Below are positions 27,136-38,052 of a stretch of DNA of 64,000 nt, one piece after another. Under the pieces are notes generated by a model. It was not told the origin of the DNA and ran no database searches. It worked only from the letters and a program-made list of their open reading frames with translations. How positions within the stretch are numbered: the stretch's first letter is position 1; each line of letters opens with the position of its first letter. This DNA is from Escherichia coli O127:H6 str. E2348/69 (lineage in GTDB: Bacteria > Pseudomonadota > Gammaproteobacteria > Enterobacterales > Enterobacteriaceae), in the NCBI RefSeq assembly GCF_000026545.1, contig NC_011601.1, one strand, 5' to 3'. Position numbers and translations under genes: made by a program.

Positions 27136-29388
27136 TTATCCGTTCTGGACTTCCCCTGCCAACCAACGCGCCGCAACAATAACCCCCTGCCCCAGAGACA
27201 ACCCGCCGTCACCCGCCGGTAAACTCTGTGGAAAGAGCAATGTGAAATCAGCGAGATAATGCGCCAGACGTGCACGCAGCAAACGGTTATGAATAACCCC
27301 GCCGCTAAATACCAGCGTAGTGATACCACGCATCGTGGCCTGCTCACGCATCAACGCAGCAAAACCCTGCGCCAGCGCATCATGAAACGCCCACGCGCGT
27401 TGATTAACCGGAGCCTGCCAGTTCAGCCACTGCTGCCAGAAAGTGGCGAGATCCAGTTGATTATCCACCAGCGGCATCGTCACCGGATGCGTCACTCCCT
27501 GGCTCGAAGCCGCCAGCGCCTCGAGAGCACAAGCCGCTTCACCTTCATAACTTAACGTGGCTGGCGCACAGCCCAGCGCCGCCGCTACGGCATCGAACAA
27601 ACGTCCACACGATGATGCCATCGGCGCGTTAATTCCACGCTCAATAGCCCGCGCCAGCACGCTCCAGTTTTGCTGTTGCACTCTTGCCGTTTCAGAGTAA
27701 TTCTGCCACTCCGGCACAAAGCGCAGGCACTGCGCCAGCAGGTTTCGCCACGGCTGCTTCGCAGCCAAATCGCCCCCCGGAAGCGCCACCGCAGGCAAGC
27801 CGCCCAGGTGCTGGCATTCACGATAGTTCACCCGCAAGCACTCGCCGCCCCACAAAGCGCCGTTCTCCCCCATACCAATACCGTCGAGCGTCAACGCAAT
27901 GACATCTCCGCCATCCAGAGGCCAGAGGTGTTCTGCCAGACACGCCGCTGCGTGGGCATGATGATGCAGTACCGTTTGCGTCGGCAGATTCATTTCGCGC
28001 GCCCACTGGCTGGAGACATAGCCCGGATGCGCGTCATGCACAACGTATTGCGGAGTGAAATCGTAGATGTTTTGCATCAGGCGTAACGCTTCGCGCCACT
28101 GCATCTGGATGCCATCGTCACTTAAATCGCCCAGATGCTGACTCAACACCGCTTGTTCGCCGCGCACCAGGCAGAAGGTATTTTTCAGATCCGCGCCGAG
28201 ACACAGCACAGGCGGAACATTTTTAAAGCCCGGAGGCAAAGCCAGCGCATCCGGCACATACCCCCGCGAACGGCGCAGCATTTCGCCGCTTTCGCGCACC
28301 ACCGAATCATCCATCCGCTGCACGATGTCGCGGTTATGTATCAAGAATCCGTCGGCAATGCCCTGCAAATCCGCCAGCGCCTGTTCGTTGCTGATAGCCG
28401 GTGGTTTACCGCTCAGGTTGCCGGAGGTCATCACCAGCGGGCATTGCAGTTCCTGTAACAGCAAATGCTGGAGCGGGTTCGCAGGCAACATTACCCCGAC
28501 TTCGTTAAGGCCAGGGGCGATATCATCACAAAGCTCAGGAACGTATTTTTTATCCACCAGCACAATCGGCGCGGCGGGCGTGGTAAGCAACTGACGGGCA
28601 GCGTCTGGTAAACCTTCTGCCGTTGGCAACATGACCGCCAGCGGTTTCGCCGGGCGATGTTTGCGCGCCCGAAGTGTCGCCACCGCGTTACTGTTACGTG
28701 CATCGCAGGCAAGATGAAATCCGCCAATCCCTTTGATGGCGACAATGTTGCCCATTTTTAACTGTGCGATAGCTGCCTGTAATGCCGCCTCTTGTTCTGC
28801 ATGTTCACCATGACTTACCCATTCAAGATGGGGGCCACACTCCGGGCAGGCCACCGGCTGGGCGTGGAAGCGACGATCGAGCGGGTCACAGTACTCTTTG
28901 TCACAAGCCGGACACAGCGGAAACGCCGCCATCACGGTAAACGGGCGGTCGTAAGGCATGGCGCGAATAATGGTGAAACGCGGGCCACAGTGGGTACAGT
29001 TGATAAACGGATAACGCCAGCGTCGTTCGCCTGGGGTATTCATTTCGGCAAGGCAAGCAGGGCAAGTCGCGGCATCGGGAACAATTTGCGTATTCATGAC
29101 GCCACCCGCGCTCTGGCGGATGGTGAACTCAGTGGGCAGTTGTGACCAGATAAACGGCTCACGCTCGACGCTATCAATACGCGCCAGTGGCGGGCAGTGC
29201 TGATGCAATTGAACAAGAAACGTTTCCGGATCTTCCAGCAGCCGGACTTCTACGCCATCGCCGTCATTACAGACATCGCCGTGAAGATTTAATTACTGTG
29301 CCAGTTGCCAGACAAACGGACGAAAACCGACGCCCTGCACTTTGCCACGAATACGCAGTTGGACACCGCAAGATGTGTTTTTTGCCAT
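27136..29388 (-). pseudogene. hypF: Carbamoyltransferase HypF with premature ochre stop at codon 32
   Basis: Reading from ATG (rc of 29386..29388): [31 protein letters not shown] then TAA (rc of 29293..29295), then in frame LNLHGDV... through the 690-aa ORF. Confidence 0.85.
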
Positions 29389-29540
29389 TGAGTTATTCCC
29401 GCCATCATGAATTGCGTAACCCGCCCAGCCGGACACGACAGCGTCGCATCCGGCAGTCACAGGTCGGCGATACTGCCCGCTTCGTATTCTACGAATATTT
29501 CCGGGAATTCCTTTGATACCAGAACAGTTCTGTAAGATTT

Positions 29541-30068
29541 TTAGAACATCAGCGCCGTGCGGCGGCGTTTTTCTGCGCTCAGTTGTTCAAGTTTATTACG
29601 ATCGACACAAATCAGCGCATGGGTCGGGCAAGCCGCCATACACGCCGGGCCGTCTTCACGATGGTTGCACAGGTCGCATTTATTGGCTTCGGCTTTGTCA
29701 GCCCGTACATTCAGTCCTGCGCCGCTGTTGCGAATCACCGGACGCACCACCACTTCCATCGCACCATACGGGCAAGCCACAACGCAGGTTTTGCAACCAA
29801 TACAACGTTCCTGCATGACATGAACAAACCCTTTATCACGGCTGATAGCACCATTCGGGCAGACGTTAGCGCACGGTGCATCTTCACACTGACGGCAAAC
29901 TGTCGCCGTGGAAATGTTCACACCTTTAATGACATGGATACGCGGTAAAAATGTTTCCGGGGTCAGCGATGCACAGTCCTGATTTTCCTGATGAGAAACC
30001 ACGCACGCCACTTCACAGGTACGGCAACCAATACATTTACTCGCGTCAGCAATGATGAAACGGTTCAT
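29541..30068 (-). CDS. hydN: Electron transport protein HydN (4Fe-4S ferredoxin-like)
   Basis: [22 protein letters not shown]..., multiple CxxCxxCxxxCP motifs. Confidence 0.93.
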
Positions 30069-30436
30069 CAAATTCTCCAGCAATAACAGTTAATGCGCCG
30101 ATACATTCACAAATCATGCCAGTTTTTAATTTACTGTTATTTAAGGAAATTAAATTCTGTAATGCAGGAAAAACGATGTCATCGACACTAGTGACGATGA
30201 CATGTGATGACAGTATTTATCGTTGCCAGTCCACATCTGGGTACTTTTTTCCGACAAGTCGTTCTGGTGGTATAAAAAAGTAATTGCCAGTAACGGGGAG
30301 GATTTAAGGGAAGCAACCGTGCCGGATACGGCGTGAACAATGACCACTTTGTCAGCTATCCATATGATTGTATTTTGAGGTTCATCGCAGATTAGCGATG
30401 AACCTTTATTGTGCACAGAAAACCCCCAGCTAGGCT

Positions 30437-31986
30437 CTGTCTCTTATACACAAATCCCCACCCGGGGATTTGTGATGTCTGTCAGTCTGCTTTAGGGGGA
30501 CTCTTTCCATCCGGTAGTTTCCTTCCTCCCCGGCAGCGATTTTTTGAACTTTTTCCTCACCCGTTGATCTTCTCTTATATTTCATTTTCTTCGGGTCTGT
30601 TATGGTACTTTCTGATTGTTATTCATGGGCTAACGAGCAGTTTGGACATGCCCGTCTCGGTGATCCGCGTCGTACACGACGCCTTGTGTCACTGGCCTCT
30701 TCTCTCGCTCAGCATGCAGGTCTTTCTATTGTGAAATCATCCCAGTCCACTGCTCAGGTTGAAGGTGCGTACCGCCTGATACGTAACCCGTCTGTGTCCC
30801 CGCAAGCCATTGCCGAAGCCGGATTTACCGCCACTGTAAGGGCATGTGAGGCTCATCCGCTGCTCCTCGCGCTGGAAGACACCACCACCATTAACTTCAG
30901 TCACAGTACGGCATCTGATGACCTGGGGAATACCACCACTAACCCGAAGACGCGCGGGCTGCTGGCTCACTCTGTCCTGATGTACGCCCCCGACAGCGCC
31001 CTGCCAGTCGGTCTTATCGAACAGCAGCGCTGGAGTCGTGCCACGGACACCTACGGTGTTAAGCACCAGCGAAAAGAACGTCCCTATGAAGAAAAAGAAA
31101 GTTACCGCTGGCAGCAGGCTTCGGAGCGCATGGCCGAACGGCTGGGGGAGATACAGAAACGGGTAATCACTGTCTGTGACCGGGAAGCGGATATCTGGCA
31201 TTACCTGCATTATAAAGTCAGCCACGGGCAGCGCTTCGTGGTGCGTGCAGCACAGAATCGCCGGCTGGAAGAAGCACCCGGCAAGCTCTTCGAACTGCCG
31301 GAAGTCCTGGCAACCGCGGGAAGCCACACGCTGAATGTGATGCAAAAAGGCGGGCGGGCAGCCCGCCAGGCCCGGATGTTCATCAGTTACAGCGAAGTCA
31401 GCATAAAAAATCCCGACAACAGCGGCCAGGCGCTCCCGCTCACGTATGTCTGTTGCCGGGAGCAGGCAGAGGACGGCGCCTGCTGGCATCTGCTGACGTC
31501 AGAAAAAGTGGCGAGTGCCGCCGATGCGCGACGTATCGTCAGCCATTACGAGCGACGCTGGCTGATAGAGGAATACCACAAGGCGTGGAAAAGTGGTGGT
31601 ACATGTGTGGAATCGCTGCGAATGCAGACCCGGGATAACCTCGAGCGCATGGTGGTTATCAAGGCGTTTATCGCGGTGCGGGTGCTGGGCCTGCGGCAGG
31701 GCGGTATCAGTGAAGAAACACAAAATGACAGCTGTGAGAAAATACTGACGCCGACAGAGTGGAAACTGCTGTGGGTTAAGCTGGAAGGAAAACCGCTTCC
31801 GTCACAGATGCCGACACTGAAATGGGCCTGTCTGAAACTGGCGAAACTGGGGCGATGGCATGACAGCAAACGCACCGGTCGCCCCGGTTGGGTAGTCATG
31901 TGGGATGGCTGGTTCAGACTTCAGGATATGGTTGAGGGTTACCTGGTGATGAAGTCTCTTGATCAGGAGATCTGATCAAGAGACAG
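30437..31986 (+). mobile_element. IS4-family IS50(Tn5)-like insertion sequence, copy 2 (1550 bp)
   Basis: Same termini as copy 1; perfect 9-bp target duplication agctaggct at 30428..30436 and 31987..31995. Confidence 0.88.
30602..31975 (+). CDS. IS4-family DDE transposase (Tn5 Tnp-like)
   Basis: Identical 457-aa protein to copy 1. Confidence 0.88.
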   Translation: MVLSDCYSWANEQFGHARLGDPRRTRRLVSLASSLAQHAGLSIVKSSQSTAQVEGAYRLIRNPSVSPQAIAEAGFTATVRACEAHPLLLALEDTTTINFSHSTASDDLGNTTTNPKTRGLLAHSVLMYAPDSALPVGLIEQQRWSRATDTYGVKHQRKERPYEEKESYRWQQASERMAERLGEIQKRVITVCDREADIWHYLHYKVSHGQRFVVRAAQNRRLEEAPGKLFELPEVLATAGSHTLNVMQKGGRAARQARMFISYSEVSIKNPDNSGQALPLTYVCCREQAEDGACWHLLTSEKVASAADARRIVSHYERRWLIEEYHKAWKSGGTCVESLRMQTRDNLERMVVIKAFIAVRVLGLRQGGISEETQNDSCEKILTPTEWKLLWVKLEGKPLPSQMPTLKWACLKLAKLGRWHDSKRTGRPGWVVMWDGWFRLQDMVEGYLVMKSLDQEI

Positions 31987-32112
31987 AGCTAGGCTGGGGG
32001 TTCCGGAAAGCTTTCAGCTTTGAGCCAGTTATTAAAACCCCTTTTGATTTGTTAAAACACCTTGCGGTCTGGCAACTGCAAGTGTCAAACAAGAAATCAA
32101 AAGGGGGTCCCA

Positions 32113-32571
32113 ATGGGGAACGAAAAGAGCTTAGCGCACACCCGATGGAACTGTAAATATCACATAGTATTTGCGCCAAAATACCGAAGACAGGTGTTCT
32201 ACAGAGAGAAGCGTAGAGCAATAGGCTGTATTTTGAGAAAGCTGTGTGAGTGGAAAAGTGTACGGATTCTGGAAGCTGAATGCTGTGCAGATCATATCCA
32301 TATGCTTGTGGAGATCCCGCCCAAAATGAGCGTATCCGGCTTTATGGGATATCTGAAAGGGAAAAGCAGTCTGATGCTTTACGAGCAGTTTGGTGATTTG
32401 AAATTCAAGTACAGGAACAGGGAGTTCTGGTGCAGAGGGTATTACGTCGATACGGTGGGTAAGAACACGGCGAAGATACAGGATTACATAAAGCACCAGC
32501 TTGAAGAGGATAAAATGGGAGAGCAGTTATCGATTCCCTATCCGGGCAGCCCGTTTACGGGCCGTAAGTAA
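32113..32571 (+). CDS. tnpA: IS200-family transposase TnpA (Y1 HuH)
   Basis: Identical to copy 1 TnpA. Confidence 0.85.
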   Translation: MGNEKSLAHTRWNCKYHIVFAPKYRRQVFYREKRRAIGCILRKLCEWKSVRILEAECCADHIHMLVEIPPKMSVSGFMGYLKGKSSLMLYEQFGDLKFKYRNREFWCRGYYVDTVGKNTAKIQDYIKHQLEEDKMGEQLSIPYPGSPFTGRK

Positions 32572-32722
32572 CGAAGTTGGATGCAAATGTCAGATCGTGT
32601 GCGCCTGTTAGGGCGCGGCTGGTAAGAGAGCCTTATAGGCGCATTTGAAAAACCTCCGGCTATGCCGGAGGATATTTATTGAATAATACTATTTCGACTG
32701 AAATAACAGGTAAGGATACAAA

Positions 32723-33151
32723 ATGGGTTCATGGGGAATGGAGGCTCTCGAAAGCGACGAAGGGCTGGATTTGATTAATTGGGTAGAGGAACAACTGCAA
32801 GATGATTCGACCTTTGATGCCGAGTCAATTGTTCAACGCTTAAGCCAGCATGAAGATTTGTTCGGATTTCAGGGAGATGAAGAATTTCTCTACGATAATA
32901 ATGTTATCGGTCTCGTTGAACTTATCATTCAAAAAGCAGCCGGGAAAAAAATCACATCGAGTAAACAAATTGATCAACTCGACGGTTATCAGCTCACGTC
33001 GACTTTCAGCAAAAAACTCCAGGGCCGTTTACAAACAATCGACGACACACATGAGTGGATAATGCTTTTCGAGGGGCGAGCACGCGAAAAAGCAAAAGCA
33101 TATCTGATTGAGCTTACTGATAAATTAAGAGTAGTAAAGACAACAGCCTGA
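32723..33151 (+). CDS. Hypothetical acidic protein (142 aa), function unknown
   Basis: Intact ORF with downstream hairpin terminator; no family recognised by inspection. Confidence 0.5.
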   Translation: MGSWGMEALESDEGLDLINWVEEQLQDDSTFDAESIVQRLSQHEDLFGFQGDEEFLYDNNVIGLVELIIQKAAGKKITSSKQIDQLDGYQLTSTFSKKLQGRLQTIDDTHEWIMLFEGRAREKAKAYLIELTDKLRVVKTTA

Positions 33152-33242
33152 ATGACAAACAAGGGCGCGCAAAATTAAGAATCTGCGCCCTTTCAAAGCC
33201 CGACAGGCGTAGCGCATCAGGCGATTTAGCGTCTGCCATCAG

Positions 33243-33662
33243 TCAAAGAAACCATTCCGGCTTAACGCCAAATCGGGCTGAAAGTGCCTTAATGTGGGAT
33301 ATCGTCAGGGATCGTTGTCCAGATAAAATCTGACTGACCAGGGATTTAGAGCCGATTTCGTTCTTCAAATCCGCATAGGTCAGATTATGTTGATCAATCA
33401 GCGTACGAAGTAACGCCACGCCAACCGACATTGCTGCAACGGCTTTGTCGAACTCTGCAAACTTTTCGTTATTGTTTTCATATTCTGCAATGCGGCTCGC
33501 CAGAAAGTCGATAAGTGGATTGGTGTCATCTTCTTCAATCAAATATTCGACCAGTTCCAGTGCTTCACGATAATCATCTTCTGAGTCACTGCCTCCCAGA
33601 AAGGGGACTGCATTGACCAGTTCTCTTGTTGCTTTAACAGCGCGTGCAGCATTAGCAGTCAT
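33243..33662 (-). CDS. higA: HigA-like antitoxin (HTH, Xre family)
   Basis: 139 aa; resembles K-12 HigA as recalled (AVPFLGG, ALELVEYL, IGSKSLVSQILSGQRSLT, FGV); start overlaps toxin stop. Confidence 0.75.
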   Translation of the reverse strand: MTANAARAVKATRELVNAVPFLGGSDSEDDYREALELVEYLIEEDDTNPLIDFLASRIAEYENNNEKFAEFDKAVAAMSVGVALLRTLIDQHNLTYADLKNEIGSKSLVSQILSGQRSLTISHIKALSARFGVKPEWFL

Positions 33663-33970
33663 TCTTTGTTCTCTCTGTAGTAACGTGTCAGTTTGTCATA
33701 CTCTGCGTGATTCGTGATGTGCTTCACAAAGAACCGCTTATTAACAAAGTTTATGTAGGCAATAACCCTAAGATTGTTCCCGCCGACATCCAGAACGTAC
33801 CATTTGTTGCGATATTTAAAATTGTCGAGGTTGGGAAAAGCCGTTCGCATTTCTTCTGGCGTAGAAAAATCCGTTTCCTTAATAACCCGATACAATGAGT
33901 GTAGAGCCAGAGCGTCGTTAGGATATTTGCGCGCACACTCTTCAAATGGCGCTTTCGAAATGATGTGCAT
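33659..33970 (-). CDS. higB: HigB-like mRNA interferase toxin (RelE/ParE superfamily)
   Basis: 104 aa from internal Met with SD aggaag; FPNLDNFKY...YVLDVGGNNLRV...HAEYD resembles K-12 HigB as recalled. Confidence 0.75.
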   Translation of the reverse strand: MHIISKAPFEECARKYPNDALALHSLYRVIKETDFSTPEEMRTAFPNLDNFKYRNKWYVLDVGGNNLRVIAYINFVNKRFFVKHITNHAEYDKLTRYYRENKE

Positions 33971-34136
33971 TTTAACTTCCTTATTAGCGCCTGAATGACT
34001 AAACCTGGACAACCATTCCTTGGGATTTATTTTTCTATAGTAGTTGATCACACGGGTGTTCACAATATGTAAACACCCGTCTACACGTCACAATAGCACG
34101 TCCAAATTCCAAAACGTGAACATGTTTGTCTACGAA

Positions 34137-34607
34137 CTACTCTTCTTCCGCCGCTAACTGCGCGAAGCCGCCATTTCCTTCCCAGCCTTCCAGCCGCTGA
34201 TACACCGTTTCCACCGCATCTTTAATCTGCTGAGTCATCGGGTAGTAAAAGCCGACGATATCCGGCTGGATGCCAAGGAAAATCACTTCGCCAATATCTT
34301 CTTTCAACTGGTCGATAAGATAGTTCAGCGGCATGTTATGGGTAGTCATCATAAACATCTCGGCGATGTCAGCCGGGTCGATGATGCGGATCTCGCTAGG
34401 GTTTAGCCCCATATCCGTGGCGTCGACAATAAGCAGCCGTGTCGGGCGCAGTTCGCGGATAGCGACAATGTCGTTTTCCGGTGCGCTACCGCCGTCAATC
34501 ACTACCCAGTTACCTTTCGGCGCGGCAGCGCACTTTTCCGCCAGTAGCGGGCCTGCGCCATCATCGCCCATCATGCTATTGCCAACACAGAGTAAAACGT
34601 CAGTCAC
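34137..34607 (-). CDS. hycI: Hydrogenase 3 maturation protease HycI
   Basis: 156 aa, HycI sequence by recall. Confidence 0.93.
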   Translation of the reverse strand: MTDVLLCVGNSMMGDDGAGPLLAEKCAAAPKGNWVVIDGGSAPENDIVAIRELRPTRLLIVDATDMGLNPSEIRIIDPADIAEMFMMTTHNMPLNYLIDQLKEDIGEVIFLGIQPDIVGFYYPMTQQIKDAVETVYQRLEGWEGNGGFAQLAAEEE

Positions 34608-35010
34608 GCAGTCTCCTCACCATCAAATAGATGGCGTTTTCCTGATGAATATCATGCAGCATACTTAACAGCATTGTACTCCATTCCTTCTGCTGCGAAG
34701 TTTGCGCTGCCCGGGCTTTATCGAATGCGTTGGCCAGCATCGGCACATGGTTAATGTCGATGACGATCTCACCATATTTCGGCACGCCTTCCATTTTGCG
34801 GCGGGCTTCGCTGCCCGCCTCCAGAGTGGCAATCCATGCCAGATATTCATCCCACGGGCAGGTAAGCGCCGCTTCCAGGCAATCGATAACCCCAAGGTGG
34901 TGACCAATCGCCAGACTGTAATAGACCACCTGCTGCGCCTCGGCGGGCGTGGCATCGTTCTCATCAATAAATTTACGGCTCAGTTGACTGAACACCACCT
35001 TTTCACTCAT
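34600..35010 (-). CDS. hycH: Formate hydrogenlyase maturation protein HycH
   Basis: 136 aa, conserved operon position. Confidence 0.9.
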   Translation of the reverse strand: MSEKVVFSQLSRKFIDENDATPAEAQQVVYYSLAIGHHLGVIDCLEAALTCPWDEYLAWIATLEAGSEARRKMEGVPKYGEIVIDINHVPMLANAFDKARAAQTSQQKEWSTMLLSMLHDIHQENAIYLMVRRLRD

Positions 35011-35774
35011 CGGATACGCGCCTCTTCAACAACATGATTCAGATGGCTGACAATCTCGTTCAGACGCGGATCGTTTTCCGCTTCCAGCCAGCGTGCAACC
35101 TGTTCTTCGCCCTGCCCTAATTGCGTCAGGAAATCATCGGCAATCTGGCGACCATAACGATAACCCGCCAGACGACGCGCTTCACGGTCCACTTTCACAC
35201 GCAACGGTTGCACCATATCAGGATGTAGAATGTCTGCCGGCTGCTCATCTTGCTCACCCGGCCCACGGGCGTGGATTTTCTGCTCCAGCAGGCCGAGCGC
35301 CATCGCAAAGCCGTACAGCGTGGCGGCAGGCGTTGGCGGGCAGCCAGGGATATAAACATCCACTGGGACGATTTTATCCGTACCGCCCCACACGCAGTAG
35401 AGATCGTGGAAGATCCCGCCGCTGTTACCGCAGGCACCGTAGGAGATACAGATTTTCGGGTCCGGCGCGGACTGCCACGCACGCAGCGCAGGGGATCGCA
35501 TTGCACGGGTGACCGCGCCGGTAAACAGTAAAATATCCGCATGACGCGGTGACGGAACGACTTTAATGCCGAAGCGTTCTGCATCGAACAGCGGCGAAAG
35601 CGTGGCGAAAATTTCGATTTCGCAACCGTTACAGCCGCCGAAGTCCACGCGATAAACGTAGGCAGAACGTTTGATTTTTTTCAGTAACGACGCCTTCATG
35701 CTGGCGATGGATTCATCCACCGTCATCGGGACCGGAATGCCGTTGGCGTCACGGGGGCCTAATAAATTGCTCAT
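35007..35774 (-). CDS. hycG: Formate hydrogenlyase small subunit HycG
   Basis: 255 aa NiFe-hydrogenase small subunit. Confidence 0.93.
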   Translation of the reverse strand: MSNLLGPRDANGIPVPMTVDESIASMKASLLKKIKRSAYVYRVDFGGCNGCEIEIFATLSPLFDAERFGIKVVPSPRHADILLFTGAVTRAMRSPALRAWQSAPDPKICISYGACGNSGGIFHDLYCVWGGTDKIVPVDVYIPGCPPTPAATLYGFAMALGLLEQKIHARGPGEQDEQPADILHPDMVQPLRVKVDREARRLAGYRYGRQIADDFLTQLGQGEEQVARWLEAENDPRLNEIVSHLNHVVEEARIR

Positions 35775-36316
35775 CAGATGGCCTCTTTCATATGGCGAGT
35801 CAGTTCAATACGGTCGGACGGCACCAGGCATTTCTGGCGCTTACATTCCGGGCAAGTCTCAAAGCTTTCGCGGTGGTTTTCCGCGCGGCTGTCGCCATTG
35901 TGCTTAAGCAGCGCAATGGCGTAGTCGATCTCTTTCTGGACGGCGAAAGGACGATTGCAGACGCGGCAGTTGCACAGCGCGAAGCGGGACTGTTGCAGGA
36001 AGTCTTCTTTCTTCCACACCGCCAGTTCGTATTCTTGCGACAGCTTAATCGCCACCGTCGGACAGACTTCTTCACAGCGTCCACAGAAGATGCAGCGCCC
36101 GAGATTGAACTGCCACGCCAGCTCTCCTGTGGCGAGGTCAGTTTCAACCGTTAAGGCATTTGACGGGCAGGCATTGACGCAGGCCGCACAGCCTATGCAC
36201 TGCTGCGGGTTCTGCTCTGGCTTACCACGGAAGTTTTTATCAACCGCAATCGGCTCCAGCGGATAAGACGAAGTCGCCGTGCCGGTTTTGATGACTTTTT
36301 TGATAAAGGTAAACAT
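35774..36316 (-). CDS. hycF: Formate hydrogenlyase Fe-S subunit HycF
   Basis: 180 aa with two 4Fe-4S Cys clusters. Confidence 0.93.
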   Translation of the reverse strand: MFTFIKKVIKTGTATSSYPLEPIAVDKNFRGKPEQNPQQCIGCAACVNACPSNALTVETDLATGELAWQFNLGRCIFCGRCEEVCPTVAIKLSQEYELAVWKKEDFLQQSRFALCNCRVCNRPFAVQKEIDYAIALLKHNGDSRAENHRESFETCPECKRQKCLVPSDRIELTRHMKEAI

Positions 36317-36325
36317 GGCGATTCC

Positions 36326-38035
36326 TTATTTCAGCGGCGAGTTTTTACGCTCAATGCTGTAACGCTCGAGTTCTTTGTACGGCACCACTTTGCTCTTCTT
36401 CTTACGCACATCGACCACGGTCATGCGGTCGGTACAGGAGTAGCAAGGGTCCAGGCTACCGATAATCAACGGCGCATCGGAAACGGTGTTGCCGCGCAGC
36501 ATGTAGCGCAGGGTCGGCCAGTTCGCGTAGGTCGCCGCACGGCAGCGCCAGCGGTACAGCTTCTGGTTGTCGCCGGTCATGCTCCAGTGGATATCATCGC
36601 CGCGCGGCGCTTCGGCAAAGCCCAGCGCAAAGCGGTGCGGAATGTAGGTAAAGCCTTCCACCATCAGCGGGCCGCCCGGCAGGTTATCCAGACCGTAATC
36701 GATCATATTCAGCGCGGTATAGACTTCGTTGATACGCACTTTCAGACGGGAAATAACGTCGCAGCCCTGCTCGCTGTGGACTTCCATTGGCAGCAGGCCA
36801 TAACCAACAAACGGGTGATCGGCACGGGTATCACGGGCGTGACCGCTGGCACGAACCATCGGGCCAACGTTACTGAAGTCGCGAGCGATTTCCGGGTCCA
36901 GACGACCAATGCCGACGGTGCGTTGTTCCATGTTCGGTGTGCTCAGCAGCACATCCACCAGCTCCTGCACTTCACGACGCATCTGTTGTGCCAGCTGGCG
37001 GGTCTGGATCATGTCGTCTTTCAGCAGATCGCGACGAATCCCACCGATCAGGTTCAGGCCGTAGGTTTTACGCGCACCGGTAAGGATCTCTGCCATTTTC
37101 ATGGAGGTTTCACGCACGCGGAAGAACTGCATAAAGCCGGAGTCGAAGCCGGTAAAGTGACAGGCCAGGCCGAGGTTGAGCAGATGCGAGTGCAGGCGTT
37201 CTACCTCCAGCAGAATGGCGCGGATCATCTGCGCGCGTTCTGGCACCTGAATACCCATCGCGTTTTCCACCGAAGTGGTATAGGCGGTGCTGTGAGCAAA
37301 GCCGCAGATCCCGCACACACGGTCAGAGAGGAAGGTCACTTCGTTGTAACCCATACGGGTTTCCGCCAGTTTTTCCATGCCGCGATGGACGTAGAACAGG
37401 CGGTAGTCGGCGTCGATAATGTTTTCACCATCGACGAACAGACGGAAGTGACCCGGTTCGTCAGAAGTGACGTGCAGTGGACCAATCGGCACGACGTTGT
37501 TTTTCTTGTCGCCCAGTTCGTTGATGAACTCGTAGGTTTCAGCATCGGTAGTCGGTGCCGGACGCTGACGATAATCCATGCTGTCTTTACGCAGAGGATA
37601 AAGTTCATCCGGCCAGTCATCCGGCAGCACCAGACGACGTTCATCCGGCAGACCAACCGGAATCAAACCGTACATATCGCGCACTTCACGCTCGCCCCAC
37701 ACCGCCGCCGGAACGCGCGGCGTCACGGAAGGATACTCCGGTTTGTTGGCGTCAACTTCGACGCGAACCGTTACCCAACACTTGGTGCCCTTCTCCATCG
37801 ACAGCACGTAATAAACGGCGTAATGACCATTCAGTTTGCGTTCGTCGTTACCAAACAGCACCGACAGCCAACCCCCTTGTTTGTAGTAGAGAAACTCCAC
37901 CACTTCCGGCAGGTAGTTCACCTTCACGGTGACGGTTAGCTGATCTTTGGTCTGCCAGGCGTGGTCCAGCACGACGCCAGGAAATGCCTCATTCAGCGCG
38001 GCGAGATAATGTTGACCTAATTTTTCTTCAGACAT
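36326..38035 (-). CDS. hycE: Hydrogenase 3 large subunit HycE
   Basis: Start MSEEKLGQHYL at 38035; NiFe large subunit with C-terminal DPCYSC. Confidence 0.95.
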   Translation of the reverse strand: MSEEKLGQHYLAALNEAFPGVVLDHAWQTKDQLTVTVKVNYLPEVVEFLYYKQGGWLSVLFGNDERKLNGHYAVYYVLSMEKGTKCWVTVRVEVDANKPEYPSVTPRVPAAVWGEREVRDMYGLIPVGLPDERRLVLPDDWPDELYPLRKDSMDYRQRPAPTTDAETYEFINELGDKKNNVVPIGPLHVTSDEPGHFRLFVDGENIIDADYRLFYVHRGMEKLAETRMGYNEVTFLSDRVCGICGFAHSTAYTTSVENAMGIQVPERAQMIRAILLEVERLHSHLLNLGLACHFTGFDSGFMQFFRVRETSMKMAEILTGARKTYGLNLIGGIRRDLLKDDMIQTRQLAQQMRREVQELVDVLLSTPNMEQRTVGIGRLDPEIARDFSNVGPMVRASGHARDTRADHPFVGYGLLPMEVHSEQGCDVISRLKVRINEVYTALNMIDYGLDNLPGGPLMVEGFTYIPHRFALGFAEAPRGDDIHWSMTGDNQKLYRWRCRAATYANWPTLRYMLRGNTVSDAPLIIGSLDPCYSCTDRMTVVDVRKKKSKVVPYKELERYSIERKNSPLK

Positions 38036-38052
38036 GCTCAAACTCTCTTTAA

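Larger units (their letters stand above)
30410..32680 (+). mobile_element. IS200/IS605-family element, second copy, split by an IS50-like insertion; parts 30410..30436 and 31987..32680
   Basis: Same IS200-like sequence as copy 1 in opposite orientation; ends set by comparing flanks of the two copies. Confidence 0.8.

Noticed and set aside
27136-29208. 690-aa ORF presented as a complete hypF
   Set aside because: Its apparent start is a TTG inside the hypF frame; the real gene starts at 29388 and is interrupted by a TAA at codon 32, so I annotate a pseudogene rather than a shorter intact gene
30084-30409. Possible sigma-54 promoter for hydN-hypF (tggcaattacttttt on minus strand)
   Set aside because: The -12 element does not match GC at the right spacing; only the FhlA-like repeat (about 30176..30214) is suggestive, so no promoter is called
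36587-37939. 450-aa ORF on the plus strand
   Set aside because: Antisense to hycE; no start context, and the sense-strand product is the recognisable hydrogenase large subunit
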